Positions 40,158 through 51,173 of a stretch of DNA of 64,000 nt are shown one piece after another. Positions within the stretch are counted from its first letter, which is position 1, and every line of letters begins with the position of its first letter. The DNA is taken from assembly GCA_963828525.1 (NCBI GenBank), contig CAWHEP010000004.1, forward strand, positions 1-64,000. Direction: 5' to 3'. The position numbers and the translations under genes are program-made. The notes beneath the pieces are model-generated. The model was not told where the DNA came from, searched no databases, and saw nothing but the letters and a program-made list of their open reading frames with translations. Source of the DNA: an uncultured Verrucomicrobiae bacterium. Its GTDB lineage: Bacteria > Verrucomicrobiota > Verrucomicrobiia > Chthoniobacterales > Chthoniobacteraceae.

Positions 40158-40910
40158 CTACTCCCCGACGACCTGCCTGCGGGGAAAATCAACGAGCTCA
40201 TGCTCGACCGCGTATCTCATGATCTCCGAATTATTCTTAAGCCCGGTTTTCTCGAGTATCCGCGTCCGATACGTGCTGATCGTCTTAATGCTGAGCGAAA
40301 GCTCGTTTGAAATCTCCTTCACGGTTTTACCCAGAGCGAGCATGCACATCACCTGATACTCACGATCTGACAGGGGATCATGCAGTTGCCCATCGCCAAC
40401 GCCCCGGCTCAAGTGGCCCGCCAGCTTCTCCGCGAGAGAAGCGCGAATGTATTTTCCGCCTCCCAGGATCCGCTTCACAGCATCCACCAACTCGGCGCCA
40501 GCCGTTTCCTTTGTGAGGTATCCCGAGGCGCCGCGCTGCAGCACCCTGATCGCAAACTGCTCCTCCGCATGAACGCTTACGATGAGCACGGGAAGCTTCG
40601 GATTCACCTTCTTTACCTCCTTCAAAGCGTCGAGCCCGCTGCGTCCCGGCATAGTGATGTCGAGCAGCACGATGTCCCACTCTTCCTTCCAGACCTGCTC
40701 AAGAGCCTGTTGCGTGTCGCAGGCTTCGCGAAGGATTGCGTCCTTGAATTCGCTTGCCAACGTTTGCCGCATTCCCGCTCGCATCATCGGGTGATCATCC
40801 ACGATAAGTATCTTGATCGGACGTCCGCCAATTGGCTGCGCGACGGGTTCGGCCTTCACAGATGAGGGGGGAGAGTTTGATTTTGCCGGCGCTCTCATGG
40901 ATGGCTCCAT
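40158..40910 (-). CDS. NarL/UvrY-family response regulator
   Basis: ILIVDDH, LLDITMPG, LSDREYQV LuxR HTH, KTISTYRTRILEK. Confidence 0.93.
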   Translation of the reverse strand: MEPSMRAPAKSNSPPSSVKAEPVAQPIGGRPIKILIVDDHPMMRAGMRQTLASEFKDAILREACDTQQALEQVWKEEWDIVLLDITMPGRSGLDALKEVKKVNPKLPVLIVSVHAEEQFAIRVLQRGASGYLTKETAGAELVDAVKRILGGGKYIRASLAEKLAGHLSRGVGDGQLHDPLSDREYQVMCMLALGKTVKEISNELSLSIKTISTYRTRILEKTGLKNNSEIMRYAVEHELVDFPRRQVVGE

Positions 40911-42460
40911 TCGATCTCCGCCAGCACAGGTCCGTTTTCCCCGTTCTGGAAGATTGTCTCGCCGAAAAGTGTTTCCTTCTTGGGATATGCTTTAAGAATC
41001 TGGCTGCCATCTTGCATGGTCACCCTCGTGACTGGTATCTTCAGCGTCACGGTGGTTCCGCGGCCCTGCACGCCCTGGATGTCGACCGCGCCTCCAAAGA
41101 GAAGGGAGCGCTCTCGCATTCCGAGCAAACCCAGTGAAGTGGATTGTTCTTCTGCCGAGATGCCTCGCCCATTGTCTTTCACAGTCACGATCAGCACATC
41201 GCTTGTCTGTTGCATCTGCACCTGGATTTTACTCGCCTTGGCATGGCGGGCGATGTTCGTCAGAGACTCCTGGACAATGGCAATAACGGTCTCGGAAAGC
41301 TTCGGATCAACCGGCGTATCATTTCGCACGGTCAGTTCGCACCGAACGCCGTAACGCTTTTGGAATTCCTTCGCTTGCCATTGCATTGCGGCATCGAGAC
41401 CAAACTCGTCGAGGAGCGGTGGGCGCAATTCCGCGCTGATCCTGCGCACCGTGTGCAACATCGTTTCGAGTGTGCTTTCCATGGAGGCAAGCCGTTCGAC
41501 TACCTCGGGCAGCGCTTCCGTCGAGCGAGCGACGCAAGCCCGCATGCGGGCGATCTCCATATTAAGCGCTGTAATTTCCTGCCCCAGTTCGTCATGCACT
41601 TCCCGCGCGATGGCCGCTCGCTCCTCCTCCCTCACGCGTTGCAGTCGCAAGGACAGCGCGCGCAACTGCGCGCGTGACTCCTCAAGCGTTTGGCGCGCCT
41701 GCCTGCTTGCGGTCACGTCTTCCGCCATGCCGATTATCTGCTCTGGCCTCCCGCTCGGTGTCCTTTTGAAGACAGTGTCACGGCTCAGAATCCAGAGCCA
41801 TTCGCCGCCCGCGCTCTTCAGCCGCACGCATGTCTCGAAGATCTCACCGTCTTGCGCGCTCTCAAGCCTGACAGCCCGCTCCGCCATCAGGGGGACATCG
41901 TCCGGATGCGCGAGTCCTGTGATGAAAAACGGAGCCATGCCGAAGAACTCCTCCACGCTATAGCCCAAGATCTTTTCGACTTGATGATTAACATATACGT
42001 ACCGGCCTTCCAGCATGTCATACACGTAAAGAATCGCCGGGGACGTATCGGCCACCCGCTCGATGAAACGCTGGCTGTCCCGCAGCGCTTCCTCCGCGTT
42101 TTTGCGGCGCGAGATGTCATGCACCGTCCCTTCGTAGTATTCGACCTTTCCGCTATCGTCACAAACCGCTCTGGCGGTCTCCGATATCCAAAGCTTCCGG
42201 CCATCGCGTTTCCAGACTTGAGATTCAAACTCCGTTACCTCCCGGTCCTCTTTCATGAGGCGTATGAACTCCTGACGCCGGTTTGGATCTACGTAGAGCT
42301 GGTGATTGATGTTCGTAAGCGCGTGCATCAAATCCTCCGGGGTAGGGTACCCGTAAAGAAGCGCCAGCGAGCGATTGGCCAGGACGTAATTCCCCTCGAC
42401 AGTCGTGCGAAAAACCCCTTCAAGGCCATGCTCGAAAAGACTGCGGTAGATATCGTTCAT
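40895..42460 (-). CDS. Cytoplasmic PAS-PAS sensor histidine kinase (HisKA_3)
   Basis: Two PAS/PAC domains, EEERAAIAREVHDELGQ, QESLTNIARHA, DNGRG, GLLGMRER. Confidence 0.93.
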   Translation of the reverse strand: MNDIYRSLFEHGLEGVFRTTVEGNYVLANRSLALLYGYPTPEDLMHALTNINHQLYVDPNRRQEFIRLMKEDREVTEFESQVWKRDGRKLWISETARAVCDDSGKVEYYEGTVHDISRRKNAEEALRDSQRFIERVADTSPAILYVYDMLEGRYVYVNHQVEKILGYSVEEFFGMAPFFITGLAHPDDVPLMAERAVRLESAQDGEIFETCVRLKSAGGEWLWILSRDTVFKRTPSGRPEQIIGMAEDVTASRQARQTLEESRAQLRALSLRLQRVREEERAAIAREVHDELGQEITALNMEIARMRACVARSTEALPEVVERLASMESTLETMLHTVRRISAELRPPLLDEFGLDAAMQWQAKEFQKRYGVRCELTVRNDTPVDPKLSETVIAIVQESLTNIARHAKASKIQVQMQQTSDVLIVTVKDNGRGISAEEQSTSLGLLGMRERSLLFGGAVDIQGVQGRGTTVTLKIPVTRVTMQDGSQILKAYPKKETLFGETIFQNGENGPVLAEIEWSHP

Positions 42461-42633
42461 AGTGCCCGCTATTCCGGCTGTTATCACTACTGGATTCAGC
42501 CTTGGCGGTCAATCGCAAACGCCGGACCACCGGCGCGGTCCGCGGCGGCGCGGCCGCGAATCCGCGCCGGGCGGGACGCTCCAAAGAATCGTTGGCGCAT
42601 CAACCGCAACCAATTATCTTTAGCCTCTTTCAA

Positions 42634-43158
42634 ATGGTAAATGAAGACAGCTTTCAATACGCGGTGGAGAACACCCGGGTGCTCCTTGCTCCACAGAGAC
42701 GGATAGAAACTTTCGGCAACACGAGCTTCCGATTTTATCTAATCACTGAGTTGATGGACAGCGTCAACCAGGTGCGCGTCAGAGATGGGCATCTCCACGC
42801 CGAGCGACCCCAAATCCTTGCGCCGGGTCACTATTCGCGCCTGCTCCTGGAAGGGTTCGGCGAGAAGGCGCGCGGTTTCGCGGATTGGCTGCAGAAGCAA
42901 GGCGAGAGTCTCGCAATTTTGAAATACGGTTTCCAGTTCCGCCGCACCGACGTAACGGAGAACGTTGTCTCCATTCCGCTCGATCAGGTCGTCGAAAACG
43001 TGAGAGCAACCGTGAGCAAGTCAAATGAACCGTTGAGCGCGATCATCCATGGCATTGATGACGCGTGGGAGGTATGTCTTCTGAAATTCGCTTCCGATCT
43101 CATTCAGCAATCGGCTGGCGCGAACCTGGGCGACTTCCGGAAAAAAGGTCTGCTTTAG
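42634..43158 (+). CDS. Hypothetical protein
   Basis: Clean 174-aa ORF heading an apparent operon with the LysM gene and accA. Confidence 0.7.
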   Translation: MVNEDSFQYAVENTRVLLAPQRRIETFGNTSFRFYLITELMDSVNQVRVRDGHLHAERPQILAPGHYSRLLLEGFGEKARGFADWLQKQGESLAILKYGFQFRRTDVTENVVSIPLDQVVENVRATVSKSNEPLSAIIHGIDDAWEVCLLKFASDLIQQSAGANLGDFRKKGLL

Positions 43159-43183
43159 TGCCGGGTGAGGGGGCCTGCGCGCC

Positions 43184-44024
43184 GTGAGAATCCTTTTCAA
43201 GGCTCTTTTCCTCCTCCTTCTGAGCATCGTCATTTTCGGGACGGGCGGCTATTTCATCTATGATATGTTCGTCAAGCCTCAGAGGCTGGAGAAGGAGGAT
43301 ATTGCATTCGGAACGCCGACCCCGCCGCCAGACGCGAGTCTGCCTGAGTTTGCCAGGTGCGAGGCGTTGAGGAGGGAAGGTAAACTCGTAGAATCCCGCG
43401 CCGCCTTTGAGAGCTTCATCGATAACAACCCGGAATCGACGAAGCTGGAAGAGGCCAAAGCCGAGCTCGGAACGATAAACGTGGACATTTTCTCCTCCAA
43501 GTATCCCGCGCCCGAAAAACAGGAATATGTCGTGCAAAAGGGTGACAATCTGATGAAGGTAGCCGCGAAGATGAAGACGACACCCGAGCTCATCATGCGC
43601 TCGAATAATCTGAGCGGGACGGTGCTTCGTCTCGGCGAGCGTCTTCTCATATCGCAATCTGCCTTCTCAATTACCATCAGCCGCAAACAGAAGAATGTGA
43701 TTCTCTTCAATAAGAATAGGTTTTTTAAGCAATACTCCGTGAAGGCGTGGAACGCGCCCGCCGCGCGGCTGGCCGCGCCCGTGGTGGGGAAGGTCCGGGG
43801 CAAACTTGCCTGGAAAAATAGCCAGCAGGTTGCCGTTGAGTGGAAAGGATTACTCCGGCAGCCCGCGCTGGGTGGAGGTTGGCGATAACGGCTATACCCT
43901 TTACTCACTCGGCTTCGAAGGCGATAAGAGCACGAAACCTAACGGTGGCATCGAGTTGACGCAGGACGATATGGAAGAGCTTTCAACCCTGGTGAATAAG
44001 AATGTTCCGGTCAGCATCGAATAA
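43184..44024 (+). CDS. TM-TPR-LysM protein with a degenerate L,D-transpeptidase-like C-terminus; frameshift near 43840
   Basis: YVVQKGDNLMKVA...LIMRSNNL LysM; ITISRKQK..FFKQYSV and DMEELSTLVNKNVPVSIE YkuD-like pattern. Confidence 0.75.
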
Positions 44025-44031
44025 GGCGCCA

Positions 44032-45005
44032 TTGAAGACTCAGCCGCTGGAGTTCGAAAAGCCGATCGTTGAACTCGAAGAAAAGCTGCAGGACCTCAAA
44101 AAGCACTCTCGCGCGCATGACATCAACTTCGACTCCGAGGTGCGCCGCATGGAGTCGATCATTCAGGAGACGAAGCGGGAGATTTACTGAATCTCACTGC
44201 TTGGCAGCGGGTGCAGATCGCCCGCCATCCTGGCCGCCCTTTGCGCTTGACTATTTCCACCACTCGTTCGCTGATTTCCTGGAGATTCATGGCGACCGCC
44301 TTTTTGGTGACGACAAGGCGATGCCTGGCGGGTTCGCAACGATGAAGGATTTTCGCTGTATCGTGATCGGGCACCAGAAGGGCCGCGATACCAAAGAGAA
44401 CCTTAACCGCAACTTCGGCAGCGCTCATCCGGAGGGGTATCGCAAAGCGCTCCGCCTCATGCGGATGGGCGCGAAGTTTTCCCTGCCGGTTGTTGCCCTG
44501 ATCGATACTCCAGGCGCGTATCCCGGGGTCGGGGCCGAAGAAAGGCATATTTCTGAAGCAATCGCGGTGAACATTCGCGAGATGATGGTCTTGCGCACCC
44601 CCATCATTGCTGTCGTTATTGGCGAAGGGGGGATCTGGGAGGCGCCCTCGGGATCGGCGTTGCGGACCGAGTGATGATGCTGGAAAACGCCTACTACTCC
44701 GTTATCAGCCCGGAAGGGTGTGCGGCGATCCTATGGAAACATCGCAACCAGGCCCCGCTTGGCGGCGGAAGCTCTGAAACTTACCGCCCGTGACCTTGAG
44801 GAACTCGCGCTGGTGGATGAAGTGCTTCCCGAACCGATGGGCGGCGCTCACCAGGATCCAGAGCGCATCGTCAAAGGACGTCAAAATATCGGTGACCCGG
44901 CATCTGCAGGAGCTCTCCAAAATGCCGATGGAAACCTTGCTCGAGCAGCGTTACCAAAAGTTTAGGAGAGTCGGCAGTTTTGCCGGTGAGGACGATTCCT
45001 CCTAG
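44032..45005 (+). CDS. accA: Acetyl-CoA carboxylase carboxyltransferase alpha; several frameshifts
   Basis: [47 protein letters not shown]. Confidence 0.93.
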
Positions 45006-45767
45006 AAGCGGGTTTCGCTTATATAAGCCATCACGCTGCTGCGGATGGCGTCCGCAATTTGAGCTTTGCTCTGATTGCGAATTTCGGCTTGAACCAGGGG
45101 AAAAGCCCAATCAGATCATGCGTGACAAGAATCTGGCCATCCGCATCCTCCACCGGAGCCGATTCCAATTGTAGGGATCTGAACCTCGATTCGTGATTTT
45201 TTTCGCCAGGACGGGAGTTACGAGTTCCAGCACGATTGCGAAGGCGCCCGCCCGTTCCACAGTCTTTGCGTCATCGAGCAGAGCGGCGGCGGATTCCGGC
45301 GTGACTCCTTTTATCCTGTAGGCGCCTTCTTCGAGGATGTGTTGTGGCAGCATGCCGATATGCGCGCAAACCGGGATGCCGCCGCTCGCGATGGCGGCAA
45401 TTTCCCGGGTGCGCGAAATGCCCCCCTCCAGTTTCACCGCGTCCGCTCCGGCTTGCATCAACCGGACGGCATTCGAAACCGCCTGCCGCGGGTCTTCGTA
45501 GGTTCCAAAAGGCATGTCCGCGACTACCGGAGACCGCTTAACCGCCCGCGAAACCGCGCGGCAGTGATGCTCAATATCCTCCATTGTCACGGACGTCGTG
45601 TCCGGATACCCAAGGACGACCATGCCTAGCGAGTCTCCGACGAGGATCAGGTCAATCCCGCTTTCATCCAGCAGCCGCGCGAGCGGGTAGTCGTAAGCAG
45701 TCAGAGCGGCGATTTTACGCCCATTCTGTTTTGCGGCGCGAATTTGGTCCAGTGATCGCAACGTCAT
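45002..45767 (-). CDS. panB: 3-methyl-2-oxobutanoate hydroxymethyltransferase; C-terminal frameshifts
   Basis: LTAYDY, LVGDSLGM, ADMPF, AVKLEGG, HIGMLPQ. Confidence 0.93.
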
Positions 45768-46266
45768 CCGAGTTTCTCCGCAAACTGCGCGACCCTTGCA
45801 TCCGGCGCCTTTGCCAGAAGCTCCAGCGCCGTCTCATTTCGGCCTGGCAGCACCAGATCCGGGCGGATGTCGCAGAGTGGCGCGAGCACAAAGCGGCGCA
45901 GATGGATGCGTGGATGCGGGATAATGATCTCCTCGTTGTTCAGAGTGAGATTCCCAACATATAGGATATCCAGGTCAATGATGCGCGGAGCGTTGCGAGG
46001 CCGCTTTCCTCGTCGCCCCATTATTTTTTCGATGGTGTGCAATGCATCGAGTAACGTGATGGCTTGTCCCACATAGTCGAGTTGGACAACCGCGTTCAGA
46101 TACGGTCCTGCGTCAATCCCGCAGTCCACTGGCTCTGTCTCGTAAACAGGCGAGCATATAAGCGCTCCCCGTCCGCTATGAACCAACGCCAGCGACTTCA
46201 GCGCGTCTTGTAGATTGGCGCAGACCGGTCTCCGACATTCGATCCGAGAGCGATTCCGGTATCCAC
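45764..46266 (-). CDS. folK: HPPK (6-hydroxymethyl-7,8-dihydropterin pyrophosphokinase); N-terminal frameshift
   Basis: IALGSNVGDR, YETEP, YLNAV, PRIIDLDIL, PHPR..RRFVLAPL. Confidence 0.92.
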
Positions 46267-47037
<771 letters not shown>

Positions 47038-47041
<4 letters not shown>

Positions 47042-47919
47042 GCCGCAATCACCCCGCATCGTTGCAAAGTGGCCTTCAAGACGAGCATATTTGCTTCGCT
47101 CATCTCACACAGCGGCAAACGCACGTCTGCTTGCATGCGCCCCGCCATCGCCAGCGCGGCCTTGATCGGCACGGGATTTGTCTCGAGAAACAGGTCTTTG
47201 AACAGAGGATAACAGCGCCGATGGATTTCGCGCGCGACATCCATCCTACCGCTGTGAAACGCCTCCACCAGGCGAGCCACCTCCCCGGGAATTATATTCG
47301 AAGCAACGCTGATGACCCCCACTGCTCCGGCCGCGAGGAAAGGCAGGGTGAGGGGATCATCTCCAGAGAGTATCTCGAACTCAGGCCGAAGCGCATTCCG
47401 AAGCTGGCTTACCCGATCTACATTGCCCCCGCTTTCTTTTATCGCGACGATGTTCTCGCGCGCGTCCGCGAGACGCGAGACAGTTTCGACCGCGATCTCA
47501 ACGGCGCAGCGACCCGGTATGCTGTAGAGGATGATTGGCAGCTTCGTGCTCTCCGCCACCGCCTTGAAATGCCTGAATAGCCCTTCTTGCGAAGGTTTAT
47601 TGTAGTAGGGAGCCACAAGCAGCGCCGCGTTGGCGCCAGCCTTCTCTGCTTCCCGAGTCAGCTCGATTGCCTCCTTCGTTGAATTGGAGCCAGTGCCGGC
47701 TATCACGAGACATCGCTCTCGCGCGAAACGTATGGCTAGTTCGATTACGCGGGCGTGTTCGGCATTGTCGAGCGTTGGCGATTCGCCTGTCGTCCCCACA
47801 GGCACAAGCCCTGTGATCTTATTCTCGATTTGAAATTCGATCAGCCGTTCAAACGCGCTCTCGTCGATGACGTCATTCAGAAAAGGCGTCACCAATGCTG
47901 TGAATGCTCCGTGAAACAT
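47038..47919 (-). CDS. dapA: 4-hydroxy-tetrahydrodipicolinate synthase
   Basis: GTTGESPTL, PYYNKP, AIKES, LSGDD, NPVPIK. Confidence 0.95.
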
Positions 47920-47927
47920 ACGCGAAT

Positions 47928-48755
47928 TTACAAATCAATATTGCCGTCGAAAACGAAATCCGCTGGCCCAGTCAGCGTTACATCCCCGAGTCCATCCGCG
48001 CGGAACCCGACGAGCAGCGTTTCCCCGCCACGCACCCGCGCCCTGATCGGGGCCTTTGCCCCCGTCACCCTGCAAAAAATGAGCGCGCAGGCGACAACCC
48101 CTGTACCACATGCAAGCGTCTCTCCTTCAACCCCGCGCTCGAACGTTCTAATTGCAATCTCATCAGGGCCAAGCTTCTCCACAAAATTCACGTTTGTGCC
48201 CTTCGGAGCGAATAGAGCATGGTGGCGCACAGCGGATCCGCGTTTCTCTACGTCCACTCGTGATACATCATCCACAAAGATGACTGCGTGAGGAACCCCC
48301 GTGTTGACGGAATGGACAGTGAGTGACTCTCCATCAACGTTGACGTTCAACGCCTCCCGGAAATCCCTCGGCTCGCCCATTGCGATACGGACGGAGTCCC
48401 CGAGAAGTTCGGCTCCTATGTGACCTGCTTGTGTCTCGAAACTCACTTTGTCCATACCTCCCGCAGCCCTGCTTGCGAAACGCGCGAAGCATCTCGCTCC
48501 GTTTCCGCACATCTCTGCTTCGCCACCATCGCTATTGTAATACCGCATACGGAACGATGGCGCGTCGCTGCCGTAGCCACCCGAATCCCCATTACCTCTC
48601 GCTGTTTCCAGCAGCAGCACGCCGTCCGCTCCTACTCCGCGGTGGCGATCACAAATCCGTCGGATCGCTCCGGCGCCCAATTCCAACTTCCCGTCACGGT
48701 TGTCGAACACGACGAAGTCATTGCCGGCCCCGTTCATCTTCGTGAAATTCAGCAT
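47928..48755 (-). CDS. dapF: Diaminopimelate epimerase
   Basis: KMNGAGNDF, EMCGNGARC, ERGVEGETLACGTG. Confidence 0.95.
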   Translation of the reverse strand: MLNFTKMNGAGNDFVVFDNRDGKLELGAGAIRRICDRHRGVGADGVLLLETARGNGDSGGYGSDAPSFRMRYYNSDGGEAEMCGNGARCFARFASRAAGGMDKVSFETQAGHIGAELLGDSVRIAMGEPRDFREALNVNVDGESLTVHSVNTGVPHAVIFVDDVSRVDVEKRGSAVRHHALFAPKGTNVNFVEKLGPDEIAIRTFERGVEGETLACGTGVVACALIFCRVTGAKAPIRARVRGGETLLVGFRADGLGDVTLTGPADFVFDGNIDL

Positions 48756-48870
48756 TGGCTGTGATTAACATACTTCTTCTTCTTTGCAAAACGGCAGATG
48801 ACGCTCAGGGCGGACGCAGGGGACAAAGGTGCCAAGGATTACTTTTCAACGATTGATCAGAACACGCGTC

Positions 48871-48899
48871 TTTACAGGGCGGCCCACCGACTTTATCTT
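48871..48899 (+). promoter_or_regulatory. Putative rnpB promoter
   Basis: TTTACA-17 nt-TATCTT immediately upstream of the RNase P RNA. Confidence 0.55.
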
Positions 48900-48904
48900 T
48901 CAGT

Positions 48905-49306
48905 CGGATGGCAGACGGTCGCTGCCGGGAAACCGGCAGAGGAAAGTCCGAACACCATAAGGCAGCATGCCGCGTAGAAAACGCGGGCTCTGGCACTGCA
49001 AAGTGCCACTGACGGAAAGTGTCACAGAAAATTAAACCGCCTGCCGGTTCGCGAGAACCGGTCGGCAAGGGTGAAAAGGCGAGGCAAGAGCTCACCGCCC
49101 GTCATGCGAATGACGGGGCACGAAAAACCCCATGCGGTGCAAGACAGAACAGAGAGGGGAAAGCCTGTCCAGCGCTCTTCGGAGCGCGCCTTTCGGGTAT
49201 TAGTCGCACCTGGCTTTTTGCCGGGCGCGCCGCGTGAGCGGCGTGAGACAAATGACCGTCCCGTGCCTTAACGGGCGCGAGACAGAATTCGGCTTACAGC
49301 CATCCG
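48905..49306 (+). ncRNA. rnpB: RNase P RNA
   Basis: GAGGAAAGTCCG, AGGGTGAAAAGG..GGCAAGAGC, ACAGAATTCGGCTTA; P1 pairing CGGATGGC/GCCATCCG. Confidence 0.95.
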
Positions 49307-49314
49307 CTGTTCGG

Positions 49315-49350
49315 GGATGCCATCGAAAGATGGCATCCTCGTTCCTTTAT
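49315..49350. terminator. Hairpin terminator between convergent rnpB and a small ORF
   Basis: GGATGCCATC-GAAA-GATGGCATCC followed by a T-rich tract. Confidence 0.6.
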
Positions 49351-49355
49351 TAGCG

Positions 49356-49586
49356 TCAGTGTGCCTTGTTGCGTGGGCCGGATGGCAGCGAGTCGGCGCC
49401 AAGCGAAGGGCTGTAGCTCGGTTCGGCGAAGAAAGGCATCTTTGGATGCGGAGTGGCGACTGGTGTTACAGCTATGGGCGCCGGAGTCGGAGTTGGTTCG
49501 GGCGAAGAGAACCTGCTCCTTAGCGACTGGTCCCAGGTTAGGATGATCAACGCGGCTATGATCAGCAGAAACAGCAAGGACCTCAT
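49356..49586 (-). CDS. Small membrane-anchored Pro-rich hypothetical protein
   Basis: N-terminal hydrophobic helix, PTPTPAP linker. Confidence 0.55.
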   Translation of the reverse strand: MRSLLFLLIIAALIILTWDQSLRSRFSSPEPTPTPAPIAVTPVATPHPKMPFFAEPSYSPSLGADSLPSGPRNKAH

Positions 49587-49637
49587 GGCTGGCTACTCCC
49601 GGGCTCGGACCTCACTGTGGGCGCTGAGCTGATGGTT

Positions 49638-50135
49638 CTAGTTCCATAGATCCCGGAGATCGGGATCCCGTCTGGCGTTCTTCTTGAATGAAGAGTTCAT
49701 CTTGATCGCCGCGCGGATGCACTTGCGCGCCTTTACTGGGTCGCCCAGGCGCGCTTCATAACACGCGAGGTTGTAATGGAGGATGCCGGTACAGCGAATC
49801 CACTCCGGAGCGGACATAAGAGCCTGAATGGCTTTGCCACCTTCGTGAAGCTGATCCAGCGCGAAAGCGCGTTGCACCGGGAATTCATCCTCGGCTGGGT
49901 AGAGCATCGTTCCTTCATGCGACAGCCGTTCTGCTTCAACCCATTTTCGCATGTGCAACAATGCTCGTATGCGCGATCCCAGGACGGCTGGAGATTTCTG
50001 AAACTGTTCGGGGATGCCATCCAGCTCCTGAATGGCCTCCGCTGGCAGGCCAAGAAAGAGATACCCGTCCACCGCCGCCAGCGGGCGCAGGAGCACCGAA
50101 TCGTCGTCCGTCTTTTTGTTAATCAGGTAAAGCAT
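49638..50135 (-). CDS. TPR-like protein
   Basis: GYLFLGLPAEA, HYNLACYEARLG...ARRDPDL C-terminal TPR pattern. Confidence 0.75.
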   Translation of the reverse strand: MLYLINKKTDDDSVLLRPLAAVDGYLFLGLPAEAIQELDGIPEQFQKSPAVLGSRIRALLHMRKWVEAERLSHEGTMLYPAEDEFPVQRAFALDQLHEGGKAIQALMSAPEWIRCTGILHYNLACYEARLGDPVKARKCIRAAIKMNSSFKKNARRDPDLRDLWN

Positions 50136-50390
50136 GGCATCAAGCAGCGCGCGATAGCTCACCCAATCCAAATTCTCGCAAGAGATGATCCCAGTGAAAG
50201 CGCCAGTCCCGGCGCTGAATGACCTTTCGGCGAATGCAGGCCAGGTGCAGGATGCAACGATGGGCTTTGTGAAGAAGGGCCATATTCACCTTTGATATTA
50301 GCATCGGCCATGCCAGCCTTTTTACGGGTGATTTTTGACGGCAAAAGCAGCGCCCGCGCTCCCCAAAGTCGCGGCGAAGAGTCGAAGACT

Positions 50391-51035
50391 TTAGGAGGGG
50401 CGGGAAGACGAGTTTAGCAGGACAACGGCTGACGCGGCTACTGCGACAAGTACCAGGCTGAGGGTGATTGCCTCGGACTGGTTGCCGGATTCCACAGCGG
50501 AGTAGATGGCAACCGCCGCAGTTTGTGTGCGCCCGGGGATATTTCCGGCGAACATCAGCGTGGCCCCAAATTCTCCAAGGGCGCGCACAAAACCTAAAAG
50601 CAGCCCGGCTGCCACCCCAGGCCAAGCCAGGGGTACCATGACCTGCCAGAGAATCCTCCATTCTGAGAACCCGGAAATGCGGGCTAGATCCACCAGGTCG
50701 CGATCAACCTGGAAGAAAGCAGTCCGGCTCGTCTGGTACAGGATGGGGAAGCATACCAGAAAGGAGGCGATCACTGCCGCGGACCAGGAAAAAGCAACGT
50801 GCCAGCCTATAGTGTAGAGAATCGAGCCGACGGGGGACTTGCGACCAAAAAAAAGCAGCAACCCCAGGCCGACAACGGTCGGTGGAAGGGCCACCGGCAG
50901 CATCAGGAGACTGTCTGTAAACAAGCCGAGCGAACGTCCCTGCCGCAGTCTCCAGCGCGCCAGCAGTATGGCTGCGATAAAGCTGAGGAGAGTCGCCACC
51001 AAGGCGGTCTTCAGGGTAATCCACAGCGGTTCCAT
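50391..51035 (-). CDS. modB: Molybdate ABC transporter permease
   Basis: LPVALPPTVVG, RALGEFGATLMFAGNIPGRTQT. Confidence 0.9.
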   Translation of the reverse strand: MEPLWITLKTALVATLLSFIAAILLARWRLRQGRSLGLFTDSLLMLPVALPPTVVGLGLLLFFGRKSPVGSILYTIGWHVAFSWSAAVIASFLVCFPILYQTSRTAFFQVDRDLVDLARISGFSEWRILWQVMVPLAWPGVAAGLLLGFVRALGEFGATLMFAGNIPGRTQTAAVAIYSAVESGNQSEAITLSLVLVAVAASAVVLLNSSSRPS

Positions 51036-51173
51036 CACCAGTTTCGAAGTTTCGCTTCGGACCGATGGACGCGCAATGAAAATCCGAAGGCGCGACATTC
51101 CTTCTCCGAGCATTGACGGAAACGGGCATTTCGTCGCACTCTCCCTATTCCTCCAAACCAAATATTCCCCCTT

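Noticed and set aside
50140..50390. Possible ncRNA or small ORF between the TPR gene and modB
   Set aside because: No recognisable RNA family motif or convincing long stem; the ORF has no distinctive features.
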